The position numbers and the translations under genes were made by a program. A stretch of 62,000 nucleotides of DNA, taken from assembly GCF_004010195.1 (NCBI RefSeq), contig NC_057749.1:11127745-11189744 (forward strand), in the 5' to 3' direction. Below are positions 25,145-37,849 of the stretch, piece after piece; the first letter of the stretch is position 1; each line of letters begins with the position of its first letter. The stretch is from Chiloscyllium plagiosum. Taxonomy: Eukaryota. Under the pieces are notes generated by a model. It ran no database searches. It had not been told where the DNA came from and saw only the letters and a program-made list of their open reading frames with translations.

Positions 25145-25595
25145 TTTAAAAATTCATTCATGGGACGTTGGCACTGCTGGCTAAGCCAACATGTATTGCC
25201 CATCCGGGGCAGTTAAGAGTCAGCTACATTGCTGTGGGTCTGGAGTCGCATGTTGTCCAGACCAGGTAAGATGGCAGTTTCCTTCCTCCTAAAGGACATT
25301 TAAAAGACATTTAGATACGTACATGAGTAAGAAATGTTTGGAGCGATATGGGATATGGGCCAAGTGCACACAAGTGGAACTAGTCGCATAGTCTGGACTG
25401 AAGGATCTGCTTTCATGCTAGTGAATCAGACGGGCTTTCTGACAACCAAAAATTGATTCATAGTCATCATTAGACTCTTGATTCCAGGTTTTTATTGAAT
25501 TCAAATTCCATCATCTGCCATGGCAGATCTGCAGCACAGTATCTGTATCTCTAGATTAATAGCTTAGTGATAATACCATTAGGCTATTGCCTTGC
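25145..25595. repeat. Interspersed repeat (aattcattcatggga..ccaggtaaggatggcagtttccttc..), with a related copy at ~50880-51200
   Basis: Two similar copies within the window; family not identified. Confidence 0.55.
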
Positions 25596-25885
25596 ACATT
25601 TCCATGAAATGCTCATACTAGCATGTTCCCACAATGGGAAAAAGTGGGTCAAAAATGTCAGAGGTTCCTAGAAAATGAAAGGGATAGAGAGTAAAACAAA
25701 GTAGGAAAAGGGAGTATATGACAGATGTCAGATTCATAATAAAAGTGTGAATTGTGCTGAATATAAGGAGGCCAGACAGGAGGTGAAACTGGAGATAAGA
25801 GGAGCAAAATATGAGAAGAGACTGGCAGCAAACAGAAAGGAGTATATAAACGTTTTCTACAAGTATATAAATATTAAGAACATGG

Positions 25886-26577
25886 TGTTATGACAGGGGG
25901 TAAACTCTCCTGCTTCAGCAACACTGAAAAGATTTAGCCCATGCAGTAATCCGTGAAATTTCAAGAGGCCAAGAACTATTTAAAGATTAACAACTTCATT
26001 TCTTAAACTTTAACAGAGAATGGTTAACAATTTACAACTCCTACCTCTAACCTATCTTTTACCTTCCCTTCTAGAATACAAGTCCGATAAAACATCCAAA
26101 TTAAGATTTATAAAACAAAACTTCTTATCTCAAAGCCAGGCAATTTTGGTTCTTCTCTGCATTCCTGTCTTCTTTTCTTCTTCTTGGGGAATTCTGCTTC
26201 ACAGGTTATTGATCGATAAAGGTACCTTTAAGACAGTTATTCTCTGTACTGTTTGCAGATATTGTTGGTTTGGCAGTTCTCATCCCAACTGTCCAATTTT
26301 CCCCAGTTTTATACCCTCAAAGCATCGGATTGTGTCATTGGCTTTTAAGACTATCAGTATACTAAATTCAAACTTGATTGGAGTTTAGTTTCTTTTCAGG
26401 GTATAATTTAAACTGATTGGCCTAATTCAAATTTGTTTTTGTCTCCAGGCAACCAGCTACCCTAGCTACCCCAGTAGCTGGACCTTATGTTATATTTTGT
26501 CTTATTGAGAACACTTGGTGCTGTCACTGCTAGCTTTTAATTCTCTTACAGATACAGTACACCCATATCTTCATAAC
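25886..26577 (-). repeat. Gypsy 3' LTR (PPT at ~26578-26595)
   Basis: TGTTATGA...TCATAACA inverted termini; adjacent cctccccacttaagaaaaa is the reverse complement of a PPT. Confidence 0.88.
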
Positions 26578-26654
26578 ACCTCCCCACTTAAGAAAAATTA
26601 ACCATCATAATGAAAAAATGGCTTCTATTTTTCTACATTTTAAACACATTAACT

Positions 26655-27462
26655 TAACATAGAAATGTACAGCACGGAAACAGACCCTTTGGTCCAATGC
26701 GTCCATGCCGACCAGTTATCCCAACCTACTCTAGTCTCTTTTGCCAGCACTTGGCCCATATTCCTCCAAACCTTCCCATTCACATACCCATCTAGCTGCG
26801 TTTTAAATATTGCAATTGTACCAGCCTCCACCACTTCCTCTGACAGCTCATTCCATTCACGTACCACCCTCTGAGGGAACAAGTTGCCCCTTAGGTCTCT
26901 TTCATATCTTTCCCCTCTCACACTAAACCTATGCCCTCTCATTCTGGACTCCCCCACCCCAAGGAAAAGACTTTGTCTATTTATCCTATCCATACCCCGC
27001 ATGTTTTTATAAACCTTGATAAGGTCACCCCTCAGCCTCTGATGCTCCAGGAAAAACAGCCCCCGTTATTCAGCCTCTCCCTGTAGCTCAAATCCTCTAA
27101 CCCTGGCAACCTCCTTGTAAATCTTTTCTGAACCCTTTCAAGTTTCACAACATCCTTCCGATAGGAAGGAGACCAGAATTTCACGCCATATTCCAACAGT
27201 GGCCTTACCAATGTCATGTTCAGTTGCAACATGACCTCTCAATGCCTATACTCAAAACTCTGACCAACAAAGGAAAGCATACCAAACGCTGCCTTCATTA
27301 TCTTACCCACCTGCCACTCTACTTTCAAGGAGTTACGAATCTGCACTTCAAAGTCTCTTTGTTCAGCAACTCTCCCTCGGACCTTACCATTAAGTGTACA
27401 AGTCCTGCTAAAATTTGCTTTCCCAAAATGCAGCACCTCGCGTTTATCTAAATTAAACTCCA
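26655..27462 (-). mobile_element. CR1 3' fragment, antisense
   Basis: FNLDK.EVLHFG, RPLLEY..FWSP, RGHRFSVRG. Confidence 0.88.
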
Positions 27463-27529
27463 TCAAATGGAATAGAATTGAAGGTTTTGAGGTGTTTTGA
27501 AACATGTGAGTCACACATACATGGAAGTG

Positions 27530-30500
27530 GTTACACATTGGAATCTAATCGAGAGGGTTCTGGGTGATTCATATAATCGCGACAGTGGGGAAACAAGCCC
27601 TTCAGCCCAATAAGACCACACTGACCCTCAGAAGAATAACCCATCCAGAGTCATTTCCCCACATTTACCCCTGACTAATGCACCTCATCTACACATCCCT
27701 GAACACTGTGGGCAATTTTAACAGGGTTTGGATTGGATGGTTAATATATAGAATAACAGATACCCAGGAGTGTGATACAGACTAGAATCTAATCAAAGGA
27801 TTGAGGTGGCTAATGTACAGAGTCCCTTAAAAATGGAAGTCAGTTACAGATTGGAATTTTATCAAGGGGATTCGGGATGATTATGTGTAGAATAACAGAT
27901 ACCCAGGACTGAGCTGCAGACTGCAGTCAAATTGAGCGGGATTGGGTGATTTATAGACAGCAACGGGATACGAGAGGGAAGAAAGCAGAGGAGAAAGTAC
28001 CCACCATGGACCAACTCAAAAATGAGCTGATCCAGACAGGATTCAACTGCTGTATGTGGAGGTTTCCAGGTGTTCTGAAAGATGGGAGAGAAACAGGCAG
28101 ATACTCACACTTTCTATGATGTTGCAGTCAACTTGCTGAAGGACAGGGAATCGCTAATCAGAGACGCAGAGTTAAACTCAGTTTAAAAACTCTCTCCATC
28201 ACACACACACCCACACATAGGAACTAAATATAATGTGGAGAAATATCCATGTGCAGCATAGATTTCCAAACTAACTCAATGACAGACGAAAATCCCCGTT
28301 CTCTGCCCAGTCCACTCTTCCAGACACAGGGAGGTTTTGTACCTGAGGGAGGGAAGGTTTCTGACTGGATATTATTACACTGCAACATGTAGGTACTGAG
28401 TGTAACAGTTTGCTACATACCATCATGCCATCTACTTTGCTGTCAGTGTTTTTTGAATTGTATTTAAATCATTGGCAGGTGGAACAGCATATACTGGAAC
28501 GTGATTTGCAGGGGGAATAGAAAAAGCACAATGTTTGTGTTTAAAATGGTGAGAAATTCTGAAACGGTATTGTCCAGGGGGGTTTGGCTGATCTTGTACA
28601 TAAACATCTGAAAGTTAACATGGTGGTAGAGCCAGCAGATAGGAGGGCAAGTGATACATTGACTGTTCTTGCCAGGAGGTTTTGCTAGGAATAAGAGTTT
28701 AACACGACAGGGATTGAGTTACAGACTGGAATCTAATCAAGGGGTTCAGGGTGTTTTATATACAGAATAACAGATCCCCAGGAGTGAGTTACACATTGGA
28801 ATCTAATCGGGTGGTTTCCGAGTGTTTCATATCATCCATCAGTGGGTAACAAGTCCTTCAGCCCAACAAGACCACACTGACCCTCAGAAGAATACCCATC
28901 CAGACCCATTCCCCACATTTACCCCTGACTAATGCACCTCACCTACATATCCCTGAACACTATGGGCAATTTTAACAGGGTTTGGATTGGATGCTTAATA
29001 TACAGAGCTGAAAATGTGTTGCTCAAAAAGCACAGCACGTCAGGCAGCATCCAAGGAGCAGGAGAATCGACGTTTCGGGCATAAGCCCTTCTTCAGGAAT
29101 CATGAGCCCTTCTTCCTGACCTGCTGCGCTTTTCCAGCAACACATTTTCAGCTCTGATCTCCAGCATCTGCAGTCCTCACTTTCTCCTGTTAATATACAG
29201 ACCAACAGATACCCAGGAGTGCGAGTTTGGAATCTAATCAAAGGATTGAGGTGGCTAATGTACAGAGTTCCTTAAAAATGGAAGTCAGTTACAGATTGGA
29301 ATTTTATCAAGGGCATTCGGGACGATTATGTGTAGAATAACAGATACCCCGGAGTGAGTTACAGCCTGGAATCTAATCGAGGGTTTCAGGGTGGTTTATA
29401 TACAGAATAACAGGTAGCCCGCGTGAGTTAAAGTCTGGAATCTAATCTAGGGGTTCAGTGTGGTTTATGCACAAAATAACAGATGGCCCGGAGTGAGTTA
29501 CAGCCTTGAATCTAATTGAGGGGTTCAGGGTGGTTTATATGCAGAATAACAGATACCCCAGAGTGAGTTACAGCCTGGAATCTAATCGAGGGGTTCAGTA
29601 TGGCTTATGTACAAAATAATAGATAGCCTGGAGTGAGTTTAAGCCTGGAATCCAATCAAGGGGTTCAGTGTGGTTTATATACAAAACAACATATACCCCA
29701 AAGTGAGTTACAGACTGGCATCTAATCGAGTGGTTCAGGGTGGTTTATATACAGAATAACAGATACCCCGGAGTGAGTTACAGCCTGGAATCTAATCGCG
29801 GGGTTCTGGGTGGTTTATATACAGAATAACAGATAGCCCGTCGTGAGTTACAGCCTGAAATCTAATTGAAGGGTTCAGGATGGTTTATATACAGAATAAC
29901 AGATACCCCAGAGTGTGTTACAGCCTGGAATCTAATCAAGGGTTATGTGAAGCTTTTTATGTGGAATAGCTTGAAACTAGGAGGGAGTCACAAAGTGGTT
30001 TCAAATCTTAATTCACATAAATGTAATGCAGTCACAAACTACACGACTTTACTGACTCCCCACGGTCCTAGATTGAAGACTATCCTCCTCTGTTTTCCCC
30101 TTTCACTGAAGATATTTATATACCTTTTATAATGTACTGCCATTCTGATTACAGTGCTGCCTATCTCTCACTGTCTCATTTATCCTGTTGAAAGACACTG
30201 AAACCAACAGACACACAAAGTTCCAGAAAGAGCTTTGTTTAATTGCAGGTGCATTATTTTCTTTTATTTGTAGACAACACACAATTTGAACTCACAGAAG
30301 GTCAGTGTGGGATTTGAGAAACCCTTGAAATTGGGATAAGGCCTAGCCAGGCGGGTTTCTGATCCAACGCTGCAAATCTACAATTCAGTGGCTGAGCTAT
30401 TTCAGGTTTTGTATATTATGTTTCTCTCATATATTAGGAAAGTAAGTCAGACTTTACTGGAATGTCACATTATCTCTCTGCATTCACTGTTCACAGGTTC

Positions 30501-31370
30501 TGGGATTTGCATTTTAATCACCTTCTCCATTTTCTATCTCTGCTAGCATCAATGAATGGAATTGGCTTTTAACACATTGCCCCCTCTCCCTTGCTGAAAG
30601 TATTCCTGACACAAATCAGTCAGGCAGACATCTTAGATTTGTCCACAGCCACCATTTTAAATCAGCACAGCGATGACATTGAGTTTATAAATAAGGAAAA
30701 GCAAGAGAGACTGGCAACATCAATACAGTTTGAAAATATTTAACATTGAACTCGCACACAGAATCACACACGAACAGACAAAAACAGACACAGAATCAAA
30801 CACACAGAGATACAAACACCTTCAAAGAGCTGTCTCCATTTCCTATCTTGCAAGGGAATTCATGTTTTGACAATGCATTCATGCAAGACAGTAAACAGCT
30901 TTTGAGACTTTCCCCATTGCGACAGAAATTCAGCCCCATTCTGAAACTTGGAGAAATGTAACAGAACAGAAATGAACCAGCAGCTTTCTGTGTTCCTGCT
31001 CCCAATGTAACATTTGACCATTCAGTTTATCTTATCTTCAGTCTAACATCCAACAAGAATCACTTCACAGATCCAATAACAGATCCCCAGGAGTGAGCTA
31101 CAGACTGGAATCTAATTGAGGGGTTTATGGTTTATATACAGAATAACAGATACCCATGAGTGAGTTACAGACTGGAATCTAATCGAGGGGTTTAGGGTTT
31201 ATATACAGCATATCAGATACCCAGGATTGAGGGACAGACTGGAATCTAATTGAGGGGTTTAGGGTTTATATACAGCATATCAGATACCCAGGAGTGAGGG
31301 ACAGACTGGAATCTAATTGAGGGGTTCAGGGTGGTTTACTTACAAAATGACAGGTAACAAGGAGTGAGTC
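27530..31370. repeat. ~70-bp satellite-like repeat (cagatacccnggagtgagttacagnctggaatctaatcgaggggttcagggtggtttatatacagaataa): arrays at ~29330-29945 and ~31075-31370 plus dispersed units
   Basis: Period of 70 nt counted directly (e.g. 29341 to 29411). Confidence 0.9.
29007..29189. mobile_element. Penelope-derived fold-back mini-element
   Basis: 12-bp TSD ttaatatacaga; hammerhead core on the minus strand; ctgcagtcctcactttctcc tail. Confidence 0.85.
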
Positions 31371-31540
31371 ACAAAATCGCGGAGTCATACAGTCATAGAG
31401 ATGTACAGTACGGAAACAGATCCTTTGGTTCAACCCGTCCGTGCCGACCAGATATCCCAGCCTACTCCAGTTTCTTTTGCCAGCACTTGGCCCATATCCC
31501 TCCAACCTTCCCATTTTCTTTCTTGCATGCACACACATGT

Positions 31541-31830
31541 GGGCGACACAGTGGTTAGCACTGCTGCCTCATAGCGCCAGAGACCCGGGTTCAATTCCTG
31601 CCTCAGGCGACTGTGTGGAGTTTGCACATTCTCCCCGTGTCTGTGTGGGTTTCCTCCCACAGTCCAAAAAGGTGCAGGTTAGGTGAATTGGCCATGCTAA
31701 ATTGCCCGTAGTGTTCTGCAAAGGGGTAAATGTAGGGGAATGGGTCTGGGTGGGCTGCGCTTCGGTGGGTCAGTGTGGACTTGTTGGACAGAAGGGCTTG
31801 TTTCCACACTGTAAGTAATCTAATCTAATC
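31541..31830 (+). mobile_element. HE1-type tRNA-derived SINE
   Basis: A box (cagtggttagc), B box (gggttcaattcc), CR1-like 3' end and (taatc)n tail. Confidence 0.88.
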
Positions 31831-31849
31831 AAATAAGATTGCACGTGCA

Positions 31850-32820
31850 GTCTCTTTCTCTTACACACACACTCACTCTTTCTTGCAACCACACACACTC
31901 TCACACACATGCAGTCTCCTTCTCTCATGGAGGTAACACAATCGCCCTCTCTCCCATGCCCTCACACGCTCTCTCGCGTTCGCACGCGCACACTCTCACG
32001 TTCGCGCACCCTCTCTGTCTCTCTCTCTCTCTGTCTCTCTGTTTCACTGTCTCTCTCTCTCTCTGTCCCTGTATCTCTCTGCCTATCTCTCTGTCCCTCT
32101 GTCTTCCTCTCTTTCTGTCTCTCTCTGTCCCTGTATCNNNNNNNNNNNNNNNNNNNNNNNNNNNNNNNNNNNNNNNNNNNNNNNNNNNNNNNNNNNNNNN
32201 NNNNNNNNNNNNNNNNNNNNNNNNNNNNNNNNNNNNNNNNNNNNNNNNNNNNNNNNNNNNNNNNNNNNNNNNNNNNNNNNNNNNNNNNNNNNNNNNNNNN
32301 NNNNNNNNNNNNNNNNNNNNNNNNNNNNNNNNNNNNNNNNNNNNNNNNNNNNNNNNNNNNNNNNNNNNNNNNNNNNNNNNNNNNNNNNNNNNNNNNNNNN
32401 NNNNNNNNNNNNNNNNNNNNNNNNNNNNNNNNNNNNNNNNNNNNNNNNNNNNNNNNNNNNNNNNNNNNNNNNNNNNNNNNNNNNNNNNNNNNNNNNNNNN
32501 NNNNNNNNNNNNNNNNNNNNNNNNNNNNNNNNNCTCTCTCTCTCTCTGTCCCTCTCTCTCTGTCCTTCTGTCTCTCTATCCACCTCTCCCTCTGTTCCTC
32601 TGTCTCTCTGTCCCTCTATCTCTCTCTGCCCCCTTCTCTGTCTGTCTGTCTCTCTCTGTCCCTCTCACTCTCTCTGTCTCTCTCTCTCTCTCTCTGTCCC
32701 TCTCTCTCTGTCCTTCTGTCTCTCTATCCACCTCTCCCTCTGTTCCTCTGTCTCTCTGTCCCTCTATCTCTCTCTGTTCCTCTCTCTGACTCTCAGTCAC
32801 TCTCTCTCTCTGTCCCTCAT
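31850..32820. repeat. (CA)/(CT)-rich microsatellite spanning an N gap (32138-32533)
   Basis: Visible directly. Confidence 0.92.
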
Positions 32821-32879
32821 CCTACCTGTATATATAACATTAAATAAATACAAATCTCACCTAAACTCTATCAATTAAA

Positions 32880-34210
32880 TTAACGATAACGCATCTGTGA
32901 TTACATTCTTGTGACCCACTATATGTATGATTTTTAAATTAAGAGCATGTAACATGACTCCAGCAAATTAGTCTCATATTCTTGTCTTTAAAACATTCTA
33001 TGAATATAAGCAGATTATGATCCATGTACATAACCGTCTCTGACACATTGTTCGTGACATACACACTAAAATGTTGGAATACCAGTACCAAACTCAATAG
33101 TTCCTTTTCGATTGTGGAGTATTTCCTCTGGTGGATGTTCATCTTCTTCGAAAAGTTACCAACTGCCAGTTCAATCCCATCTTCATCTTCCTGTAGGAGT
33201 ACAGGTCCAATTCCTATGTCACTAGCATCGATGGCAACTTTAAAAGGTTTTGAAAGGTTTGGTGTAGTTAAAACTTGTTTGGTGGCTAATATTGATTTTA
33301 AATGACCGAATGCCTCCTGGCATTGTTCTGTCCACCGAAACTTTGTGTTCTTCTTCAGCAAATCGGTTAATGGTGCCACTACACTGCTAAAGTTTGGAAC
33401 AAACTTCCGATAGAATCCACTGAATCCGAAGAATCGAAGTACCATTTTCTTTGAGGTTGATCGTGGAAATTCCTTAATGGCCTTCGTCTCTGCTTTCCGT
33501 GGAGTCCACCTTCCATGACCGATGTTATGTCTTAAGAACGTCACCTCTGCTTTCGCGAGTTCAGTTTTGTTTAAGTTTATCACCAGTTTTGCTTCTCATA
33601 GATGTTCAAAGAGCTCTGCCAATTGTACCGTGTGATCTTTCCAGGACTTACTAAAGATCACTACATCGTCCAAATAGACTGCAGTTTGATAAGCCAGCCA
33701 CAACTCTGTTCATGAGTCTTTGGAATGTGGCAGGTGCATTCTTCATTCCAAAGGGCATCACTTTAAACTGATACAGCCCACTTGGGGCTACAAATGCAGT
33801 ATGTGATAAAGGTACCTGCTAGTAACCACGTATCAAGACCAACTTGGTGATGTAACTGTCTTGTCCTACTCTCTCGAAACAGTCCTCCAATCTAGGAATT
33901 GGATAGGAGTATGAATTTGTAACGGCATTGACCTTTTGATAATCCACTCAGAATCGTTGAGTCCCGTCCGGTTTTGAAACCAAGACGATTGGAGAACTCC
34001 ACTCGTGCTGGCTTGTTTCGATGATGCCCTTGTCAGGCATGCCCTCCACCTCAACGGGCATGACCTGTCTGGCTTTGAAAGGATTAAGCCAATAGGGGTG
34101 TTGTTTTATCAAAGCAGTATTCCCTATGTCTACTTCAAGTACAATAGCATTAGTCCTCCCCATCTGATTCTTATATATATCCTTATAATGCAGTAACACA
34201 ACTTTCAATT
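32880..34210 (-). pseudogene. Gypsy RT-RNaseH
   Basis: [71 protein letters not shown]. Confidence 0.92.
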
Positions 34211-34329
34211 GCTTTCTATTTTCCTGAGACAGATAGCTTGCTAACCTATCCCACTCCTCAAGGATTTCTTCATTTTTAATCTATTTTCAGGTACATCATA
34301 ATTCACATCTGAATTTGATTCCTCACTGC

Positions 34330-35450
34330 GGGGCAGTAACTAACACCTATTGCTCCAGTTTTCTCACTAGTATAATACAGTTTCAACATGTTCACATGAC
34401 ATACTCAATACCTTTTTTTAATCTGGCATCTTTACTAAATAGTTCACCTGACTCAACTTTTTCTCAATTTGATAGGGGGCCACGAAACCTGACTTTGAAG
34501 AGATTTCCTATCACTGGTAACAGTACTAACATGTCATCCCCTCAGGAAAACGTCTGAGTCTCGGAGCTTTTATCTGCCACCTCCTTCATTCTACACTGTG
34601 CCCTCTTTAACTGCTGTTTAGCTAACTCACCTACTCTATTTAATCTCTCCCTTAGCCCCAATACATAATCCAAGTGTGAGATCTCCAAATTTGATCCTGT
34701 CAATTTTTCCTTCATTAATTTCAAAGGGCCTCTCACTTCATGACCGAGTATTAACTCAAAGGGAGTGAACTGAGTAGATTTACTTGGGGCATTTCTAATG
34801 GCAAACAACACAAATTGGATACCTTTATCCCAATCATTCGGGTAATCCTGACAGTATGCTCTCAACATGGTTTTCAAGGTCTGGTGCCATCTTTCTAAAG
34901 CTCCCTGGGATTCAGGATGATATGCACTGGATTTAAAGTGCTGTATACCTAAGCTATCCATAACCTCCTTAAACAGTCTAGCAGTAAAATTTGACCCTTG
35001 GTCCGGCTGAATCTCTCTGGGTCGCCCATACCATGTGAAGAGAGCTACTCACTCCTCTCCCGCCTTTTTTGCCTTGATACTCCGTAATGGAATTGACTCT
35101 GGAAATCTGGTAGACACATCCATTATGGTTAACAAGTACTGGTTCCCACCTTTAGTTCTCAGGAGGGGACCTACACAATCAATTATAACCCACATGAAAG
35201 ATTCTTCAAAGGCTGAAACTGGTAACAAAGATGCTGGTTTTATTACTGCCTGTGGCATACCTACCACTTGGCATGTATCTTATGTACAGCAGAAGTTAAC
35301 CACATCTTTGTGCATTCCAGGCCAATAAAAATGTTTTTGTACCTTAGCCTGAATCTTTCGTACCCCGAGGTGAACTCCTACAGGTCATTCATGCTCTACC
35401 CATAACACTTCCTGTCTGTATGCTACTGGCAACACAATCTGGTGCACTTC
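34330..35450 (-). pseudogene. Gypsy integrase, upstream of RT
   Basis: IIDCVGPL..TKGGNQYLLTIMDVSTRFPE; DQGSNF; SSAYHPESQGALERWHQTLK. Confidence 0.92.
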
Positions 35451-36024
35451 GGCCCATTGCTCCTCTGCACTAACTTGCCATGGTCTCCATTTCTGTCTTA
35501 CAATTCTGTTGTTCAGATAACAACCCTCCAGCATATTCTCTCCTCCTTTTCAGAGTATGCATCGACATATATATCTTTCATTGTCTTGTCGTGCTATTGC
35601 AAGTCCCTTAGCCTTTCGGGCCTAAACACTTCTGTCTGACCCTCTGCCTATTCAGATTTTTCATGCACTCAGGGTATCCACTAACTGAACCTCAGCTCCT
35701 TCATCTTTCCCTTTACTTTTCACTTTGTGCTGGGGGATCTGGTTATGATAGTGAGATCTGGTTACCACACAGTCTGGGAAATTACCAGGATATTTCTGTT
35801 TTAACTCCTCAGTTTCTTGGTCTTCATTGGGCTTCTCTACAACATGGGATGTCACTCCCATCTTGGATCCTACTAAATCATTCCCAGGCACAAACTGAGT
35901 ACCTGGAACTGACATTCTGTCAATCACTCCCACGGTAACTTCCCCAGACTTGAGCTGGCACTCCAACGTGATCTGACATAGAGGAATGCTAAATTTCTGT
36001 CCATCTATCCCACAAATTACCACA

Positions 36025-37814
36025 ATAGACAATAGGTGCAGGAGTAGGCCATTCTGCCCTTCGAGCCAGCACCACCATTCATTATGATCATGGCTAATCA
36101 TCCTCAATCAGTATCCTGTTCCTGCCTTATCCCCATAACCCTTGATGCCATTATCCTTAAGAGCTCTATCCAACTCCTTCTTGAAAGGATCCAGAGACTG
36201 GGCCTCCACAGCCTTCTGGGGCAGAGCATTCCACACACCCACCACGCTCTGGGTGAAGTAGTTTCTCCTCAACTCTGTTCTTCGTGGCCTACCCCTTATT
36301 TTAAAACTGTGTCCTCTGGTTCGGGACTCACCCATCAGCAGAAACATGCTTCCTGCCTGAGTGTCCAATCCTTTAATAATCTTATAAGTCTCAATCAGAT
36401 CCCCTCTGAGCCTTCTAAACTCAAGGGTATACAAGCCCAGTCGCTCCAATCTTTCAACATAAGATAGTCCTGCCATTCCAGTAATTGACCTCGTGAACCT
36501 ACGCTGCACTCCCTCAATAGCCAGAATGTCTTTCCTCAAATTTGGAGACCAAAACTGCACACAATATTCCAGGTGCGGTCTCACCAGGGCCCTGTACATC
36601 TGCAGAAGAACCTCTTTGCTTCTATACTTAATTCCTCTTGTTACGAAGACCAGCATGCTATTTGCTTTCTTCACTGCCTGCTGTACCTGCATGCTTGCTT
36701 TCATTGACTGATGTACAAGAACACCTAGATCTCGTTGTACTGCCCCTTTACCTAACTTGACTCCATTTAGGTAGTAATCTGCCTTTCTGTTCTTGCCACC
36801 AAAGTGGATAACCACACATTTATCCACATTAAACTGCATCTGCCGTGCATCTGTCCACTCACCTAGCCTGTCCAGGTCACCCTGTAATCTCCTAACATCC
36901 TTCTCACATTTCACCCTGCCACCCAACTTTGTATCATCAGCAAATTTGCTAATATTATTTTTAATACCATCATCTATATCATTAATGTATATTGTAAAAA
37001 GCTGAGGTCCCAGCACTGATCCGTGTGGTACCCCACTGGTCACTGCCTGCCATTCCGAAAGGGAGCTGTTTATCACTACTCTTTGTTTCCTGTCAGCCAA
37101 CCAATTTTCAATCCATGTCAGTATTTTGCCCCCAGTAGCATGCACCCTAATTTTGCTCACTAACCTCCTATGTGGGACTTTATTAAAGGCTTTCTGAAAG
37201 TCCAGGTACACTACATCCACTGGATCTCCCTTGTCCATCTTCATTTACATCCTCAAAAACATTCCAGAAGATTAGTCAAGCATGATTTCCCCTTCATTAG
37301 TCCATGCTGACTCTGACCTATCCTGTTACTGCTATCCAGATATGTTGTAATTTCATCCTTTATAATTGACTCCAGCATCTTTCCCACCACTGAGGTCAGA
37401 CTAACTGGTCTATAACTCCCTGCTTTCTCTCTCCCTCCTTTCTTAAAAAGTGGGACAACATTAGCCACCATCCAATCCACAGGAACTGATCCTGAATATA
37501 TAGATCATTGGAAAATGATCACCAATGCATCCACGATTTCTAGAGCCAACTCCTTCAGTACCCTGGGATGTAGACCATCAGGTGCTGGGGACTTATCAGC
37601 CTTCAGACCTAACAGTCTCTCCAACACCATTTCCTGGCAAATATAAATTCCCTTCAGTTCAGGTCCTTCAGCCATTATTACCTCTGGGAGATTGCTTGTG
37701 TCTTCGCCAGTGCACACAGATCTGAAGTACCAATTCAACTCTTCTGCTATTTCTTTGTTCCCCGTAATATATTCACCCATTTCTGTCTTCAAGGGCCCAA
37801 TTTAAGTCTTAGTC
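36025..37814 (-). mobile_element. Young CR1 insertion inside Gypsy pol, with a 378-aa open RT frame (36108-37244)
   Basis: Full set of RT motifs; TSD taccaca (36018-36024 / 37815-37821). Confidence 0.93.
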
Positions 37815-37849
37815 TACCACACTCTTGGGTAATAGATCAGAAAGAGTGC

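Noticed and set aside
28000..28350. Minus-strand splice-like signals as further exons
   Set aside because: No recognisable peptide, one implied intron is only ~35 nt, and it lies inside the Gypsy element
29330..29945. Regular repeat array resembling CRISPR
   Set aside because: Head-to-tail 70-bp units with no unique spacers, no cas genes and a vertebrate context; it is a satellite
30520..30950. Possible LRRC49 first exon (ATGGAGAAG|gtgatt) or exon ~30820-30940
   Set aside because: Weak donors, no similarity to the recalled LRRC49 N-terminus and no promoter features
31541..31615. tRNA gene (also 52290-52365 and 54922-54990)
   Set aside because: tRNA-derived SINE head followed by SINE body and tail
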